The notes under the pieces were generated by a model. That model was given only the letters and a program-made list of their open reading frames with translations. It was not told the origin of the DNA and ran no database searches. This document shows, one piece after another, positions 25,900 through 36,050 of a stretch of DNA of 53,082 nt. The position numbers and the translations under genes were made by a program. The stretch's first letter is position 1. The number at the start of each line of letters is the position of its first letter. Origin of the DNA: Anaerolineales bacterium (GTDB lineage: Bacteria > Chloroflexota > Anaerolineae > Anaerolineales > Villigracilaceae); contig JAOZOM010000001.1 in NCBI GenBank assembly GCA_029933275.1, forward strand, positions 1 to 53,082. The letters run 5' to 3'.

Positions 25900-27579
25900 A
25901 TGTCATTCATACTCCGTTGTATCGACTGCGGTCATAAAGCACCCTATTTTCCTACCTCTATCAGTTGCCCCAAATGTGGGAGTCAATGGCGCGAGGCGGA
26001 ATACGATTTAGATACACTCTCAAAAACCTTACCTCTACAATTACCAAATCGTCCCTTTGACCTTTGGCGATACCATGAACTGCTCCCCGTCCGCAACCCA
26101 GACCCCGCCTGTTCTCTCGGCGAAGGCGGAACTCCCCTCATCAAAGCCGCCAATTTAGGATTAATGCTCGGTTGCCCAAATATCTATATCAAAGATGAGC
26201 GGCAAGGACCAACAGCATCCTTCAAAGACCGTCAAGCTGCTGTTTCGATGGCAGCTCTAAAAGAAGCGGGGATTACCGAGATGGTCGTCGCCTCTACTGG
26301 CAATGTCGCAATCGCTTATTCCGCGTATGCTGCTCGCGCGGGGATTAAACTCTGGGCATTCGTCACCAGTCTTGTTCCAGCAGTCAAAATGCGAGAAGTT
26401 GCGCTCTATGGTAGTCAATTGATTAAAGTCTCAGGCTCTTATGACTCCGTTAAACGCGCCGCTTCTGAGTTTGCCAAGCAAAGAAACCTTTACCAAAATA
26501 TGGGAGCGCGTTCGATTCCCTCTGTAGAATCGATGAAAACGATCAGCTTTGAAATTGCCGAACAGCTAACCGGTTATCTCGGCAATGATGCCTCCGCAGA
26601 AGATGGCATACCGCGTTGGCAGACACCTGATTGGTATATCCAATCGGTTAGCGGCGGGATGGGTCCTCTGGGGGTTGATAAAGGCTTCTCAGAATTAAAA
26701 AAAATGGGCTTCGTCAATAAAAAACCCGCGATTGTAGGTGTTCAATCTGCCGGTTGCGCCCCGATAGTCAATAGCTGGAAAAAAGGTTTAGAGACCGCCG
26801 AAGTCGTTGCTGTTCCCCGCACACATATCGAAACCCTCGCCACTGGAAACCCAGGACGCACTTATCAATTTTTACGCAATATAGTGAATGATACAGGCGG
26901 CGCATTTGAAAGTGTTACAGACGAAGAAGCCTTCCGCGCCATGCACGTTCTCGCCAAAATGGAGGGCATCTCAGCCGAGCCTGCCGCCGCAGTCGCTTTT
27001 GCCGGTCTCTTTAAATTAGTTCGTGCGGGCGTGATTAAGCCGGATGATACCGTTGTGGTTAATTGCACAGGTCATACTGTCCCACCAGAGAAACTTGTTT
27101 TGGGCGATAATTGGGCGCGTAATGTCGTTTTACCCAAAGAAGAAGAGAGAAAAGAAGAGACCCCCCAAGAAGGCATTTTGGCAGCACTCAGCCACGTTGT
27201 CCCGGAGCGTTTTCCGCGCGTTGTCATCGTAGATGATACAACCGAAGCACGTCTGCTCATCCGCCGCATCCTACAATCGCAAGGCGACTTCACCATCTTT
27301 GAAGCCAATAACGGGAAAGAAGCTCTGCGCGTTGTCCGCCGCGAAAAGCCCGATCTGATCATCCTAGATTTAATGATGCCTGAACTCGATGGCTTTGGTG
27401 TTTTAGACGAGCTTAAAGCAGATTCTGAAACCGAAGGAATTCCCGTAATTGTTTCTACGGCAAAAGAATTAACAAAAGAAGAAAAAGAAAGGCTGAAGGG
27501 ACAAATCCAATCGCTTCTCCAAAAAGGTGATTTTATGAGCGATGAATTTTTTGATGAAGTTCATACAATCATAAATTAA
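25900..27579 (+). CDS. Threonine-synthase-like fold-type-II PLP enzyme with N-terminal Zn-ribbon and C-terminal receiver domain
   Basis: It starts 4 nt after the kinase stop. Four-Cys ribbon CIDCG...CPKCG (aa 7-26). PLP-lysine context TASFKDRQA (Lys codon 26224-26226), then STGNVAIAYSAYAARAGIK. C-terminal receiver (from nt ~27217): VVIVDDTTE...LIILDLMMPELDG...VSTAKE. Confidence 0.8.
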   Translation: MSFILRCIDCGHKAPYFPTSISCPKCGSQWREAEYDLDTLSKTLPLQLPNRPFDLWRYHELLPVRNPDPACSLGEGGTPLIKAANLGLMLGCPNIYIKDERQGPTASFKDRQAAVSMAALKEAGITEMVVASTGNVAIAYSAYAARAGIKLWAFVTSLVPAVKMREVALYGSQLIKVSGSYDSVKRAASEFAKQRNLYQNMGARSIPSVESMKTISFEIAEQLTGYLGNDASAEDGIPRWQTPDWYIQSVSGGMGPLGVDKGFSELKKMGFVNKKPAIVGVQSAGCAPIVNSWKKGLETAEVVAVPRTHIETLATGNPGRTYQFLRNIVNDTGGAFESVTDEEAFRAMHVLAKMEGISAEPAAAVAFAGLFKLVRAGVIKPDDTVVVNCTGHTVPPEKLVLGDNWARNVVLPKEEERKEETPQEGILAALSHVVPERFPRVVIVDDTTEARLLIRRILQSQGDFTIFEANNGKEALRVVRREKPDLIILDLMMPELDGFGVLDELKADSETEGIPVIVSTAKELTKEEKERLKGQIQSLLQKGDFMSDEFFDEVHTIIN

Positions 27580-27584
27580 CAAAA

Positions 27585-28535
27585 ATGAAAATCGGAAAGA
27601 AAAACAGAGGTATTAACGCAGCAATCCTCTCCGCTCTTTTCTTAGGGTTTACGCCCGTATTCGGAAAACAAGCCATACTTGCCGGTTTTTCCCCTTTTGC
27701 GGTAGTTGCCTTAAGAACAAGTATGGCAGCAGGGCTTTTACTCGCGATTCTTCTCCTATTCAAAAGACAGTATCTTTATATTTTCTCTGTGGGGCTTCTC
27801 GGTTGTATCTTAGCGGGCGCAATTAACGGGCTTGGCTCTCTTTTCTACTATATGTCCCTTAAACGGCTGGGAGCAAATGTCGGGCAACTTCTTTTCTCTC
27901 TTTATCCTGTTTTCGTTGTTTTTTGGTCATTCCTAGACCGTCAAAATCCCAGCAAACTCACCCTCCTACGAATCGCCTTAGCGGTAGCCAGCGTCATCCT
28001 GATTACCAATTTCGATAACTCCGAAATTGACATCATGGGTGTCGCTTTTATGCTAACTGCCTCTGCGCTATACGCGCTTCACCTCCCGATTAATCAACGC
28101 GTTCTTTACGAAGTTCCAGCACCAACCGTCACACTGTATACACTACTTTCGATGAGCGCGGTTGTTGTCTCCGCCTACTTCATCTTTGACCCACAATTTC
28201 CTAGCATGAATCTTAATTGGGGACCTGTAATCGGATTAACCCTCGTCACCTTTTTCTCCCGCCTGACACTTTTCTTAGGAGTCAAGCATATCGGAGGGAT
28301 TCAAACCGCGCTCCTTGGACTTGGGGAATTACTCATCACCATTATTGCCAGTTATTTCTTGCTCGGTGAAAAACTGACTTTTTTACAGTGGGTCGGCGTA
28401 TCCGGGCTGATGACTAGCCTCCTGCTAGTTCGCTTTGAAAAAGCATCGCCCCATAAAGGACCCGGCGGCTGGCTCAACTGGATTCGCGCCCCTCACCAAA
28501 TCCCCCCCGATATTCCCTGGGGACCACATACATAA
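27585..28535 (+). CDS. EamA/DMT-superfamily transporter (10-TM drug/metabolite exporter type)
   Basis: It starts 5 nt after the preceding stop. ~10 hydrophobic helices form two EamA-like halves, with G-rich helix ends (GAINGLGSLFYYMSL; GGIQTALLGLGELLIT). Confidence 0.8.
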   Translation: MKIGKKNRGINAAILSALFLGFTPVFGKQAILAGFSPFAVVALRTSMAAGLLLAILLLFKRQYLYIFSVGLLGCILAGAINGLGSLFYYMSLKRLGANVGQLLFSLYPVFVVFWSFLDRQNPSKLTLLRIALAVASVILITNFDNSEIDIMGVAFMLTASALYALHLPINQRVLYEVPAPTVTLYTLLSMSAVVVSAYFIFDPQFPSMNLNWGPVIGLTLVTFFSRLTLFLGVKHIGGIQTALLGLGELLITIIASYFLLGEKLTFLQWVGVSGLMTSLLLVRFEKASPHKGPGGWLNWIRAPHQIPPDIPWGPHT

Positions 28536-28565
28536 TTTGCAGCGGTCTAGGAGACCGGCACCAAT

Positions 28566-28605
28566 AAAAAGCTCTTCTTCCCTTTCATAGGAAAAAGAGC
28601 TTTTT
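28566..28605. terminator. Bidirectional hairpin terminator between convergent operons
   Basis: AAAAAGCTCTTCTTCC (28566-28581) pairs with GGAAAAAGAGCTTTTT (28590-28605) with one mismatch. It is flanked by an A-run and a T-run. It lies between the EamA stop (28535) and the minus-strand regulator stop (28643). Confidence 0.7.
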
Positions 28606-28642
28606 CTGTTCTTATCCTCAACCATCCGCCCCAAAGCCCAAT

Positions 28643-29380
28643 CTACGTCTTATACTCAAAAACATAGCCTGTGCCGCGTACACTCACCACGCTCCCTGCC
28701 AGCGAGGGGACTTGGCGAATCTTTTGGCGCAATCGGCTCACCAGCGGGCGGAGAATCTCCGGTGCCTCGTGCTGGGCAGTTTCATAGCCCTGCACCAGCA
28801 AAACCAGCTCGCGATGCGAAAAAACACGTCCCACATTTTCAACGAAGATGCGTAAGAGCCGCCCCTCTGCCGGAGTGAGATGAATCTCCTCCTCCGCGTA
28901 TTTGATTAAACGGCGAGAAAGATCAATTTCAGTGCCATCTTTTAATTTAACGGTAGCAACCCGCTCGTCCAAGGGCGTATCAGAGGCATATCCCTCGCGG
29001 GCGCGGAGTTTCTCCTCGCGGCGCGATAAACCAATCCGCACACTCGCCAAAATCTGCATAGGCGAAGCGGGTTTGAGCAAATAATCGTGAATCCGCAAAC
29101 GCAAGGCTTCCACCGCACTTTCCGTTGTCCCGAATGCGGTCAGCAAAATCACCTCTGTATCGGGAGAAATTTCGTTGATGATTTGCACCACTTCGAGCCC
29201 ACCAATGCCGGGCATTCTTAAATCGACAATCATTAAATCAACATAGTGGTTACGCGCATAATTTACCGCAACTTGTCCGTTTTCTGCTGTAGCAACGGTG
29301 TAACCTTCAAGACGCAGAATATCACCAAGAGATTGTAGTGCAATCGTTTCGTCATCAACAATTAAAATAGTGGGAGACAT
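28643..29380 (-). CDS. OmpR/PhoB-type response regulator (receiver + winged-helix DNA-binding domain)
   Basis: I prefer the start MSPTILIVDDE at 29380, which overlaps the upstream TAA (TAATG) by 1 nt. The ORF-track start at 29416 would overlap the upstream gene. Receiver LMIVDLRMPGIGG...LLKP. C-terminal LTPAEGRLLRIF...RPLVSRLRQKI...VRGTGYVF is Trans_reg_C-like. Confidence 0.9.
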   Translation of the reverse strand: MSPTILIVDDETIALQSLGDILRLEGYTVATAENGQVAVNYARNHYVDLMIVDLRMPGIGGLEVVQIINEISPDTEVILLTAFGTTESAVEALRLRIHDYLLKPASPMQILASVRIGLSRREEKLRAREGYASDTPLDERVATVKLKDGTEIDLSRRLIKYAEEEIHLTPAEGRLLRIFVENVGRVFSHRELVLLVQGYETAQHEAPEILRPLVSRLRQKIRQVPSLAGSVVSVRGTGYVFEYKT

Positions 29381-30963
29381 TATTTTCCTCCAATCGGCAA
29401 AGTAACTTGGAAACAAGCCCCTTTATGATCGTTTGTAATTAATTCCAACTCACCGCCCAGCGCGGCGATGATATTGTAACTCACAGTTAGCCCCAAGCCC
29501 GTGCCACCTTCTTTTGTGCTGATAAAAGGCTCAAAAATATTCGGCTGGTCTTCTGGGGCAATCCCAATCCCGTCATCCTGAAAGGTGATTTCAACACTCT
29601 TCTTCTTTTTACGCGCCCAAATATCCAGCATACCACCGGCGGGCATCGCATCGTAGGCATTTAAAGACAGGTTCAAAAAAACTTGCTGCACCTGTGCACT
29701 CACCGCCATCACGGAGGGCAAATCTTCGGGCAAAGAGGTATTAACTTGAATATCTCGCTTCTGAAATTGCGCCCGCATCAGGCTAAGAACATGGTTCAAA
29801 GTTTCTTCCAGATCCACTTCTTTAGGCGCAACCGTGCCGGGGCGATAAAAATCTAACATCCGTTGCACAGTGGTAGTCAGTCGCTCTAGCTCGGTTTGCG
29901 CCAAACCAAAATACTCATCCCGTTTGGGTTCAGGCAAATCCTCTCGCCCCGCCAAATGCAAACAATTCCGCACCGCTTGCAAAGGATTATTCACCTCATG
30001 CGCAATCGAAGCCGTCAGCCGTCCCGCCGCCGCCATTTTTTCCGCTTGCAACAATGCCTTTTGCGAATCTTTTACTTGCTGCACATACTCACGCAGCTCA
30101 GCATAAAGATTAGCGTTCTCAATCGCCACCGCTGCTTGCCGTGCCAAAATTAAGAGCGTATCCAAATCAATCTCCCGAAAAGACGATTGCCCCGCACCCC
30201 TGCCCGCGTAAAGCAACGCCTCAATTCCAGAGTGGTTAATCGGCACAAAAAGAGCCGAGCCAATCCCAATTTCGTTAAATTTCTTTTGGAAAAGGGGATG
30301 CTCCGACTCGCTCACCTTAATCGGGCTTAAGATTTCGCTCAAAGCAGATTCTTGTCCCTTAGCTTTCCCCGCTTCGCGCGTAGGATAGACTTGCCCTCGT
30401 TGAACGAGCAAAGTCAACGCCCCATCCTCTGTCGAACGCTGATAATACGCCGCGTTTTCACAACGAAGATGTTTGCAAACCGCATCCACAATTAGCTCAG
30501 GCAAACGCTCTGGGCGTGTTTCTGCTAAAAAGGCTTCGGTCACATCAAAAAGCGGACGTAGGGCTTCGGTATGTGCAGCATCGCGTTTTTGTTGACTATC
30601 CGCAAGAGCTAGGCGCGCCGCTTCAACCAATTCATCGCCCTCTTCAAAAGGTTTTAGGATCAATCCGTCCACGCCGCGGCGCAGGGCTTTAATAGCGGTC
30701 TCCACCGTCCCAAAGCCGGTCATCACTAAAGTTGCGATATCGGGCTGATGTTGCTTCGCAAAAGCAACCACACTGAAACCATCCACAACGGGCATACGGA
30801 TATCTACGAGAAGCAAATCCACTCGTTCGCCGCGCAAATAGTTCATCGCCTGTTGGGGATCGGTAAATGCTGAAACGCGGAAGCCCGCGCGGGTCAGGAG
30901 GCGTTCGCAGAGTCTTACTATCCCCTCTTCATCGTCAACAATCAAAACAACCGGAGTATTCAT
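29380..30963 (-). CDS. Receiver - GAF-like - HisKA - HATPase hybrid histidine kinase (cytoplasmic)
   Basis: N-terminal receiver VVLIVDDEE...LLLVDIRMPVVDG...ILKP. H-box SIAHEVNNPLQAV. HATPase motifs LNLSLNAYDAM, DDGIGI and GGTGLGLTVS. ATGA overlap with the upstream kinase gene. Confidence 0.9.
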   Translation of the reverse strand: MNTPVVLIVDDEEGIVRLCERLLTRAGFRVSAFTDPQQAMNYLRGERVDLLLVDIRMPVVDGFSVVAFAKQHQPDIATLVMTGFGTVETAIKALRRGVDGLILKPFEEGDELVEAARLALADSQQKRDAAHTEALRPLFDVTEAFLAETRPERLPELIVDAVCKHLRCENAAYYQRSTEDGALTLLVQRGQVYPTREAGKAKGQESALSEILSPIKVSESEHPLFQKKFNEIGIGSALFVPINHSGIEALLYAGRGAGQSSFREIDLDTLLILARQAAVAIENANLYAELREYVQQVKDSQKALLQAEKMAAAGRLTASIAHEVNNPLQAVRNCLHLAGREDLPEPKRDEYFGLAQTELERLTTTVQRMLDFYRPGTVAPKEVDLEETLNHVLSLMRAQFQKRDIQVNTSLPEDLPSVMAVSAQVQQVFLNLSLNAYDAMPAGGMLDIWARKKKKSVEITFQDDGIGIAPEDQPNIFEPFISTKEGGTGLGLTVSYNIIAALGGELELITNDHKGACFQVTLPIGGK

Positions 30964-33581
30964 CCTTCATCCTCGATGGGAAGCCAAACCGTGAAGCAGG
31001 CTCCTTCTTCGGGCGAGCTTTGCACATCAATAAATCCGCCGTGATCGGTCACAATCCCGTAGCTGACCGCTAGACCAAGACCGGTGCCGCCCTCATCCGC
31101 TTTGGTGGTAAAAAATGGTTCAAAAATACGTGCCAAATCATGCGCAGTGATGCCTTCTCCGCTATCCTGAACTACCATCGTAACCCATTTGGCTTTATTT
31201 TTCTGACGTTTTTGGGTACGAAGTGATAGCTCACCGCCCTGCGGCATTGCGTGGAGGGCATTATGCAAAAGGTTCAACACAACCTGCTTAATTTGGTCTC
31301 GATCTATCAGCACCCAAGGGAGATTTTTGCCGAGCTTCATTTCAAAGTGGATATTATTGCTCTCAAGAAGATGATTGGTGAGGGCAGCGACATCTTCGAT
31401 AATTTCGTTCAGATCAGCGCGGACGCGAACACTCTCGCTCTGCCGCGCAAAATCGAGCAAACGGCGTACTACGCTACGAGCGCGCTTTGCCTCGCGCAAG
31501 ACCATCTCTAAATCGCCGCGTTGCGTGGATTCTGGAGGGAGATCTTCTAATACAAGTTCGGAAAATCCTGCAACAGTGGTGAGGGGATTATTTAGCTCAT
31601 GCGCCACGCCCGCCGCCATCTCGCCAACTGCGGCGAGTTTTGCCGCCTGAATAAGTTGATTTTCTGCGATGCGCTGCGCTTCCATCCGTTCTTGGAGTTC
31701 TTCTTGGGTGGTTTGCAAAATCTGAATCGTATCTTGGAGCATTTGATAGCGATCTACGCTGGAAACCGCGCTGGTGAGAAATCCCGCCAACGATTCGAGG
31801 GCTAAAAGGTCGTTATGCGTGAAGGCATTTTTCTCGCTGGCTTCCACATCAATAATCCCCAAAATGCGATCTCCATCCTGCAATGCAACACAAATTTCCG
31901 CACCCACATCCCAACCGGGGATATGCGTATAAAGGGGATTTTTAGTGGCATCATCCACCATAATGCTTTCACCACTCGCAAAAACGCGTCCGCTGATACC
32001 CTCTTCGTTGGGATATTCAAATTTTTCAAAAGCGGCTTTAACCAAGGGGGATGCCGCTCCGCTGATTCCTTCGATATTCAATTTCTGATTTCGGTCTACC
32101 AGAAGAACAACTGCCAACTCATAAGAGAAATGACGCACGAGCAAATCGGCGGTGATTTGCGCCACCTCGTCTACGTTGGTCAGCCCAATCACCTGCTGAA
32201 TCACCTCGTGAATTAATCCAAGATTACGGGCGCGCGCTTCCGCCTCTTCACGCAACCTACCATATTCAACCAACCCTGCCAAATGGCTGGCAATAACCAC
32301 AAGAAGATTCTCGTCATATCCGCTGAATGCGGCGGCTTCTTCACTTTCCAACACCAAAACACCGATTACCTCGCCGCGATATTTCAACGGAACCAGCAAA
32401 GCCGATTGCGCCTGCACGTCACCCAAGAGATAATTCTGAATATCCGCCTTTTCAATACGAATATTTTTCCCCTCGCGAATAAATTTCTCGAAAGGATGGT
32501 TTTCAACAAATTCAGTACGCGGCATCGTGCGCCGCTCAAGATTGCGATATTCTCTCAATGTCCGCCCATCGGAGGAGAGCAAGAAAAGGGAGAGTAATTC
32601 CGTCCCAAAAGTGCGTTCCAGCAAAGCAAAAACGCGCCGCACGATTTGCCCCAAATTTTGTGCGGAGGAAACAATCAACGCAAAATCGTTAAGCATCGCT
32701 TGTCGCCGCAAATGGTCCGCCATCTCCGCAAAAGTGACGAAAATCTCAACCGAAGCCGCGGCGTAAATACTGAACTGCTGTAATTTGAGCCATTCATCAT
32801 CACTAAATGCCTCGTTTCGCCACAATGCAACTACGCCAATTAGCCGTTGCCCGACCATCAGCGGCAGCGCGCCCCAAGTCTCGGCATCAATCGGCGAAAC
32901 CTCTTCTCTCATCTTTTCCCAATCAGGATCGCCTCTTTTCAAGAGCAAGGGATTGGCGATTTTCTTAATCTGTGCGAATAGGGCATCCCCATCTAAGATA
33001 AATTCTCGTTCCAAAAGCTCCGGAGAATTCCAATGCGCTTCGACCCTAAGCGATTTTTCACCGTAGATTGCCAGCCATGCCCCTTCGCAAGGGATATATT
33101 GCACAATCCGCGAAAGAATACGCGCCAAAGAGCGCGGCAAATCATAGGGGACAGAAGTCTGCCCGCCGAAGATGAATGCGTCCGCAGGCTGTAAGGCAAA
33201 ATTGGATGTACAGAAATTCCCAGCGTTGGTGATGACGCGCCAAATCTGTTTGTCTTTTTTATCTAGCTCCTTTGCCCCGACCAAAATCATTTTTTCTGTA
33301 TCTTTGATTGGAAAAGCGTATAAGCGATCTGCCCCCAAATTCAAATCTTTCGTAATTTTTCGCGAGCGTGATTTCCCCACAGCCAAAGCACCGCAAAGCC
33401 AGCTATCTACCGTGCCGAGATTAATATAATTATTAGCGAGAGCTTGTCGTTTTTTATTGAGCTTATAACTTGCTTCAAAATGCCACCCTGCGCTTTTCCG
33501 CTCCGCGCAAAGAGCCCAATCCGCATTTGTGATTTGGCAGCTTTCCTTTAATAATGATTCTGTCTTCTTTGAATTTGCCAT
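30960..33581 (-). CDS. Cytoplasmic multi-GAF sensor histidine kinase
   Basis: No TM helices were seen. There are at least three GAF-like units (for example ...SALLVPLKYRGEVIGVLVLES...). H-box GVAHELNNPLTTV. HATPase motifs LNLLHNALHAM, DSGEGI and GGTGLGLAVSYG. Confidence 0.9.
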   Translation of the reverse strand: MANSKKTESLLKESCQITNADWALCAERKSAGWHFEASYKLNKKRQALANNYINLGTVDSWLCGALAVGKSRSRKITKDLNLGADRLYAFPIKDTEKMILVGAKELDKKDKQIWRVITNAGNFCTSNFALQPADAFIFGGQTSVPYDLPRSLARILSRIVQYIPCEGAWLAIYGEKSLRVEAHWNSPELLEREFILDGDALFAQIKKIANPLLLKRGDPDWEKMREEVSPIDAETWGALPLMVGQRLIGVVALWRNEAFSDDEWLKLQQFSIYAAASVEIFVTFAEMADHLRRQAMLNDFALIVSSAQNLGQIVRRVFALLERTFGTELLSLFLLSSDGRTLREYRNLERRTMPRTEFVENHPFEKFIREGKNIRIEKADIQNYLLGDVQAQSALLVPLKYRGEVIGVLVLESEEAAAFSGYDENLLVVIASHLAGLVEYGRLREEAEARARNLGLIHEVIQQVIGLTNVDEVAQITADLLVRHFSYELAVVLLVDRNQKLNIEGISGAASPLVKAAFEKFEYPNEEGISGRVFASGESIMVDDATKNPLYTHIPGWDVGAEICVALQDGDRILGIIDVEASEKNAFTHNDLLALESLAGFLTSAVSSVDRYQMLQDTIQILQTTQEELQERMEAQRIAENQLIQAAKLAAVGEMAAGVAHELNNPLTTVAGFSELVLEDLPPESTQRGDLEMVLREAKRARSVVRRLLDFARQSESVRVRADLNEIIEDVAALTNHLLESNNIHFEMKLGKNLPWVLIDRDQIKQVVLNLLHNALHAMPQGGELSLRTQKRQKNKAKWVTMVVQDSGEGITAHDLARIFEPFFTTKADEGGTGLGLAVSYGIVTDHGGFIDVQSSPEEGACFTVWLPIEDEG

Positions 33582-33673
33582 GTTATTTTTATATTGCGTA
33601 TCCCGTATTGCTCTATATGATTATCCCTAATTATACAACACAGAAAAGAAAAAACAGATGATAGAATTGTCTT

Positions 33674-35026
33674 ATGAAAACAATCAAAATTATCGGTGGC
33701 GGGCTGGCGGGGAGCGAAGCCGCGTGGCAAGCCGCTCAAGCCGATTTCCACGTCCAAGTTTACGAAATGCGCCCCAAGCACGAAACTGGCGCGCACCAGA
33801 GCGGCGATTTGGCAGAATTAATCTGCTCCAACTCGCTCGGCTCCAATCTCCCCGACCGCGCTTCGGGGCTACTCAAAAACGAACTCCGCCGCATGGGATC
33901 TATGCTCCTCGCAATTGCCGAAGAAAGCGCAGTCCCCGCGGGGGGCGCGTTGGCTGTTGACCGCGAAACTTTTGCTCAAAAAGTAACCGCAAAAATCGAG
34001 AACCATCCCAATATCGAAATTATTCGAGAGGAAGTGACTGAAATTCCCGCCGAGCCGAGCATCATCGCTTCGGGACCGCTCACTTCGCCCAAATTTTCTC
34101 AAGCTATTGCAAAACTCACGGGGGAAGAACATCTCTACTTCTTTGATGCGATTGCGCCGATTGTCCACGCCGAGAGCATTAATATGGATATTGCTTTCCG
34201 CGCCTCACGCTATGACCGCGGCGAAAAAGACGAAGGAGATTATATCAACTGTCCCTTCAACAAAGAAGAATACGACCGTTTTTTGCACGCTCTACTCAAA
34301 GCCGAGCGCATCAAATTGCATAGTTTTGAATTAGAAATCGAAAAAGGAGTCAAAGCGGGCGCGCATCGTTATTTTGAAGGTTGTCTCCCTGCCGAAATCA
34401 TCGCCGAGCGCGGCGAAAAATCACTCGCTTTTGGTCCCCTGCGCCCCGTTGGGCTACACGATCCGCGCACGGGCAAACGCCCTTACGCCGTTCTCCAACT
34501 CCGCCAAGATAACCTTGCAGGTGATCTTTATAATCTAGTCGGCTTTCAAACCAATCTCAAATTCCCCGAACAAAAACACGTTTTTCGGCTCATCCCTGGG
34601 CTTGAAAATGTCGAATTTGCGCGCTATGGGCAGATGCACCGCAACACCTTCATCGCCTCGCCGCGTCTTTTGCGTCCCACGCTCCAATTTCATAACCGCG
34701 ATAATCTGCTCTTCGCTGGTCAAATCACCGGCGTAGAGGGCTATATCGGCAATATCGCCACTGGTCTGCTTGCAGGGCAAAATCTCGCTCGCATTCTCAA
34801 TAATCAGCCCCCGCACCAACTCCCCGAAACAACCATGCTCGGTGCGCTCTGTCATTATATTACCCACGCCGAAGAAAAAGATTTTCAACCGATGAAAGCA
34901 AATTTCGGCATCCTCCCGCCGCTGGCGTTTAGCGATAAAAAGAAACGTGGCAAAAGAGAACGAGCCGCCCTGCGTGCCGAACGCGCTTTGCGCGATTTAG
35001 AAACATATTTATCCGCCTCGCAATAA
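33674..35026 (+). CDS. trmFO: Methylenetetrahydrofolate-dependent tRNA (m5U54) methyltransferase TrmFO
   Basis: N-terminal FAD fold [18 protein letters not shown]...[25 protein letters not shown] and the GQITGVEGY motif are characteristic of TrmFO/Gid. 450 aa. Confidence 0.9.
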   Translation: MKTIKIIGGGLAGSEAAWQAAQADFHVQVYEMRPKHETGAHQSGDLAELICSNSLGSNLPDRASGLLKNELRRMGSMLLAIAEESAVPAGGALAVDRETFAQKVTAKIENHPNIEIIREEVTEIPAEPSIIASGPLTSPKFSQAIAKLTGEEHLYFFDAIAPIVHAESINMDIAFRASRYDRGEKDEGDYINCPFNKEEYDRFLHALLKAERIKLHSFELEIEKGVKAGAHRYFEGCLPAEIIAERGEKSLAFGPLRPVGLHDPRTGKRPYAVLQLRQDNLAGDLYNLVGFQTNLKFPEQKHVFRLIPGLENVEFARYGQMHRNTFIASPRLLRPTLQFHNRDNLLFAGQITGVEGYIGNIATGLLAGQNLARILNNQPPHQLPETTMLGALCHYITHAEEKDFQPMKANFGILPPLAFSDKKKRGKRERAALRAERALRDLETYLSASQ

Positions 35027-35081
35027 CAACTTCAGTCCCTATTTACAAGGCTAAACCCCTTTTACTACAAAGTTATTTTTT

Positions 35082-35990
35082 ATGAAAAAAGAACGCTCAC
35101 ACATCCTCCTGCTCTCCAGCCTGCTCGTCATCTTCGGCGGGATTCTGGTCTGGATAAACCTCTCGCCTCGCACGCGACCTGAGTTTGCTTCCGCTAAATT
35201 TGACGGGGAGCGTGCCTATGCGGACGTACTGTACCAAACCGAGCTTGGGGCGCGGATTCCCGATTCTGCCGCGCACGCCCAAGTCCGCGTCTGGATGCAA
35301 GATGAGTTAGAGAAAGCAGGTTGGCAAGTCGAAACTCAGGTCTTCGAGATGCTCGGGCATCGCGGGTATAATCTAATTGCCTCGCGTGATGATTCTCCGC
35401 CCGAAATCATTTTGGGCGCGCATTACGATAATCGCATCTATGCCGATCAGGACCCGGATGTTGAAAAACGGAAGCAGGCTCTAATCGGCGCGAATGACGG
35501 TGCATCCGGCGTGGCTGTTCTGCTTGAGTTGGCACGTGTGCTTCCTGCGGGGGAGCAAGCTAATCCATCCATCTGGCTGGTATTTTTTGACCTTGAAGAT
35601 AATGGGCGCATCCCCACTTGGGATTGGATTCTCGGCTCGCGCGCTTTTCTTGCAGAATATGATACGCTCAACCCCGATGCGGTGGTGATTCTCGACATGA
35701 TCGGCGATGCCGATTTGCAAATTTACCTTGAGCGAAATTCTGACCCCGAACTTCGGGCTGAAATTTGGGCGCAAGCCGCTGAACTAGGTTATGAAGATAT
35801 TTTTATTACAGAAGAAAAATTTAGTATGCTTGATGATCATACGCCTTTTCTCGAAGCTGGAATGCCCGCCGTAGATATTATTGATTTTGATTATCCCTAC
35901 TGGCATACCAGCGAAGATACCGCCGACAAAGTTTCAGCGGCGAGTTTGCAAGCGGTCGGCGATACGATGCTGGCGTGGCTAAAAAAATAG
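35082..35990 (+). CDS. M28-family metallopeptidase / glutaminyl-cyclase-like protein with N-terminal membrane anchor
   Basis: Signal-anchor ILLLSSLLVIFGGILVWI. Zn-ligand contexts GAHYD, GANDGASGVAVLLELAR, FFDLED and WHTSEDT. Confidence 0.8.
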   Translation: MKKERSHILLLSSLLVIFGGILVWINLSPRTRPEFASAKFDGERAYADVLYQTELGARIPDSAAHAQVRVWMQDELEKAGWQVETQVFEMLGHRGYNLIASRDDSPPEIILGAHYDNRIYADQDPDVEKRKQALIGANDGASGVAVLLELARVLPAGEQANPSIWLVFFDLEDNGRIPTWDWILGSRAFLAEYDTLNPDAVVILDMIGDADLQIYLERNSDPELRAEIWAQAAELGYEDIFITEEKFSMLDDHTPFLEAGMPAVDIIDFDYPYWHTSEDTADKVSAASLQAVGDTMLAWLKK

Positions 35991-36050
35991 AAATTGTCTG
36001 GTTCTAACGGAATTTGTGGTCTGCTCAAAAAAGTAGTCAAAAGCCTTTTT

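Noticed and set aside
28543-28557. Short hairpin CGGTCT-AGG-AGACCG just after the EamA stop.
   Set aside because: The stem is only 6 bp with no U-tract. The stronger bidirectional terminator at 28566-28605 explains termination here.
29381-29416. N-terminal extension of the OmpR-type regulator (MFPSYFADWRKI...). There are similar ORF-track extensions at 38769-38828, 39056-39088, 46686-46721, 20886-20891 and 47734-47739.
   Set aside because: These use GTG or TTG, or overlap the preceding gene. In each case a downstream ATG has a better RBS and a canonical domain start.
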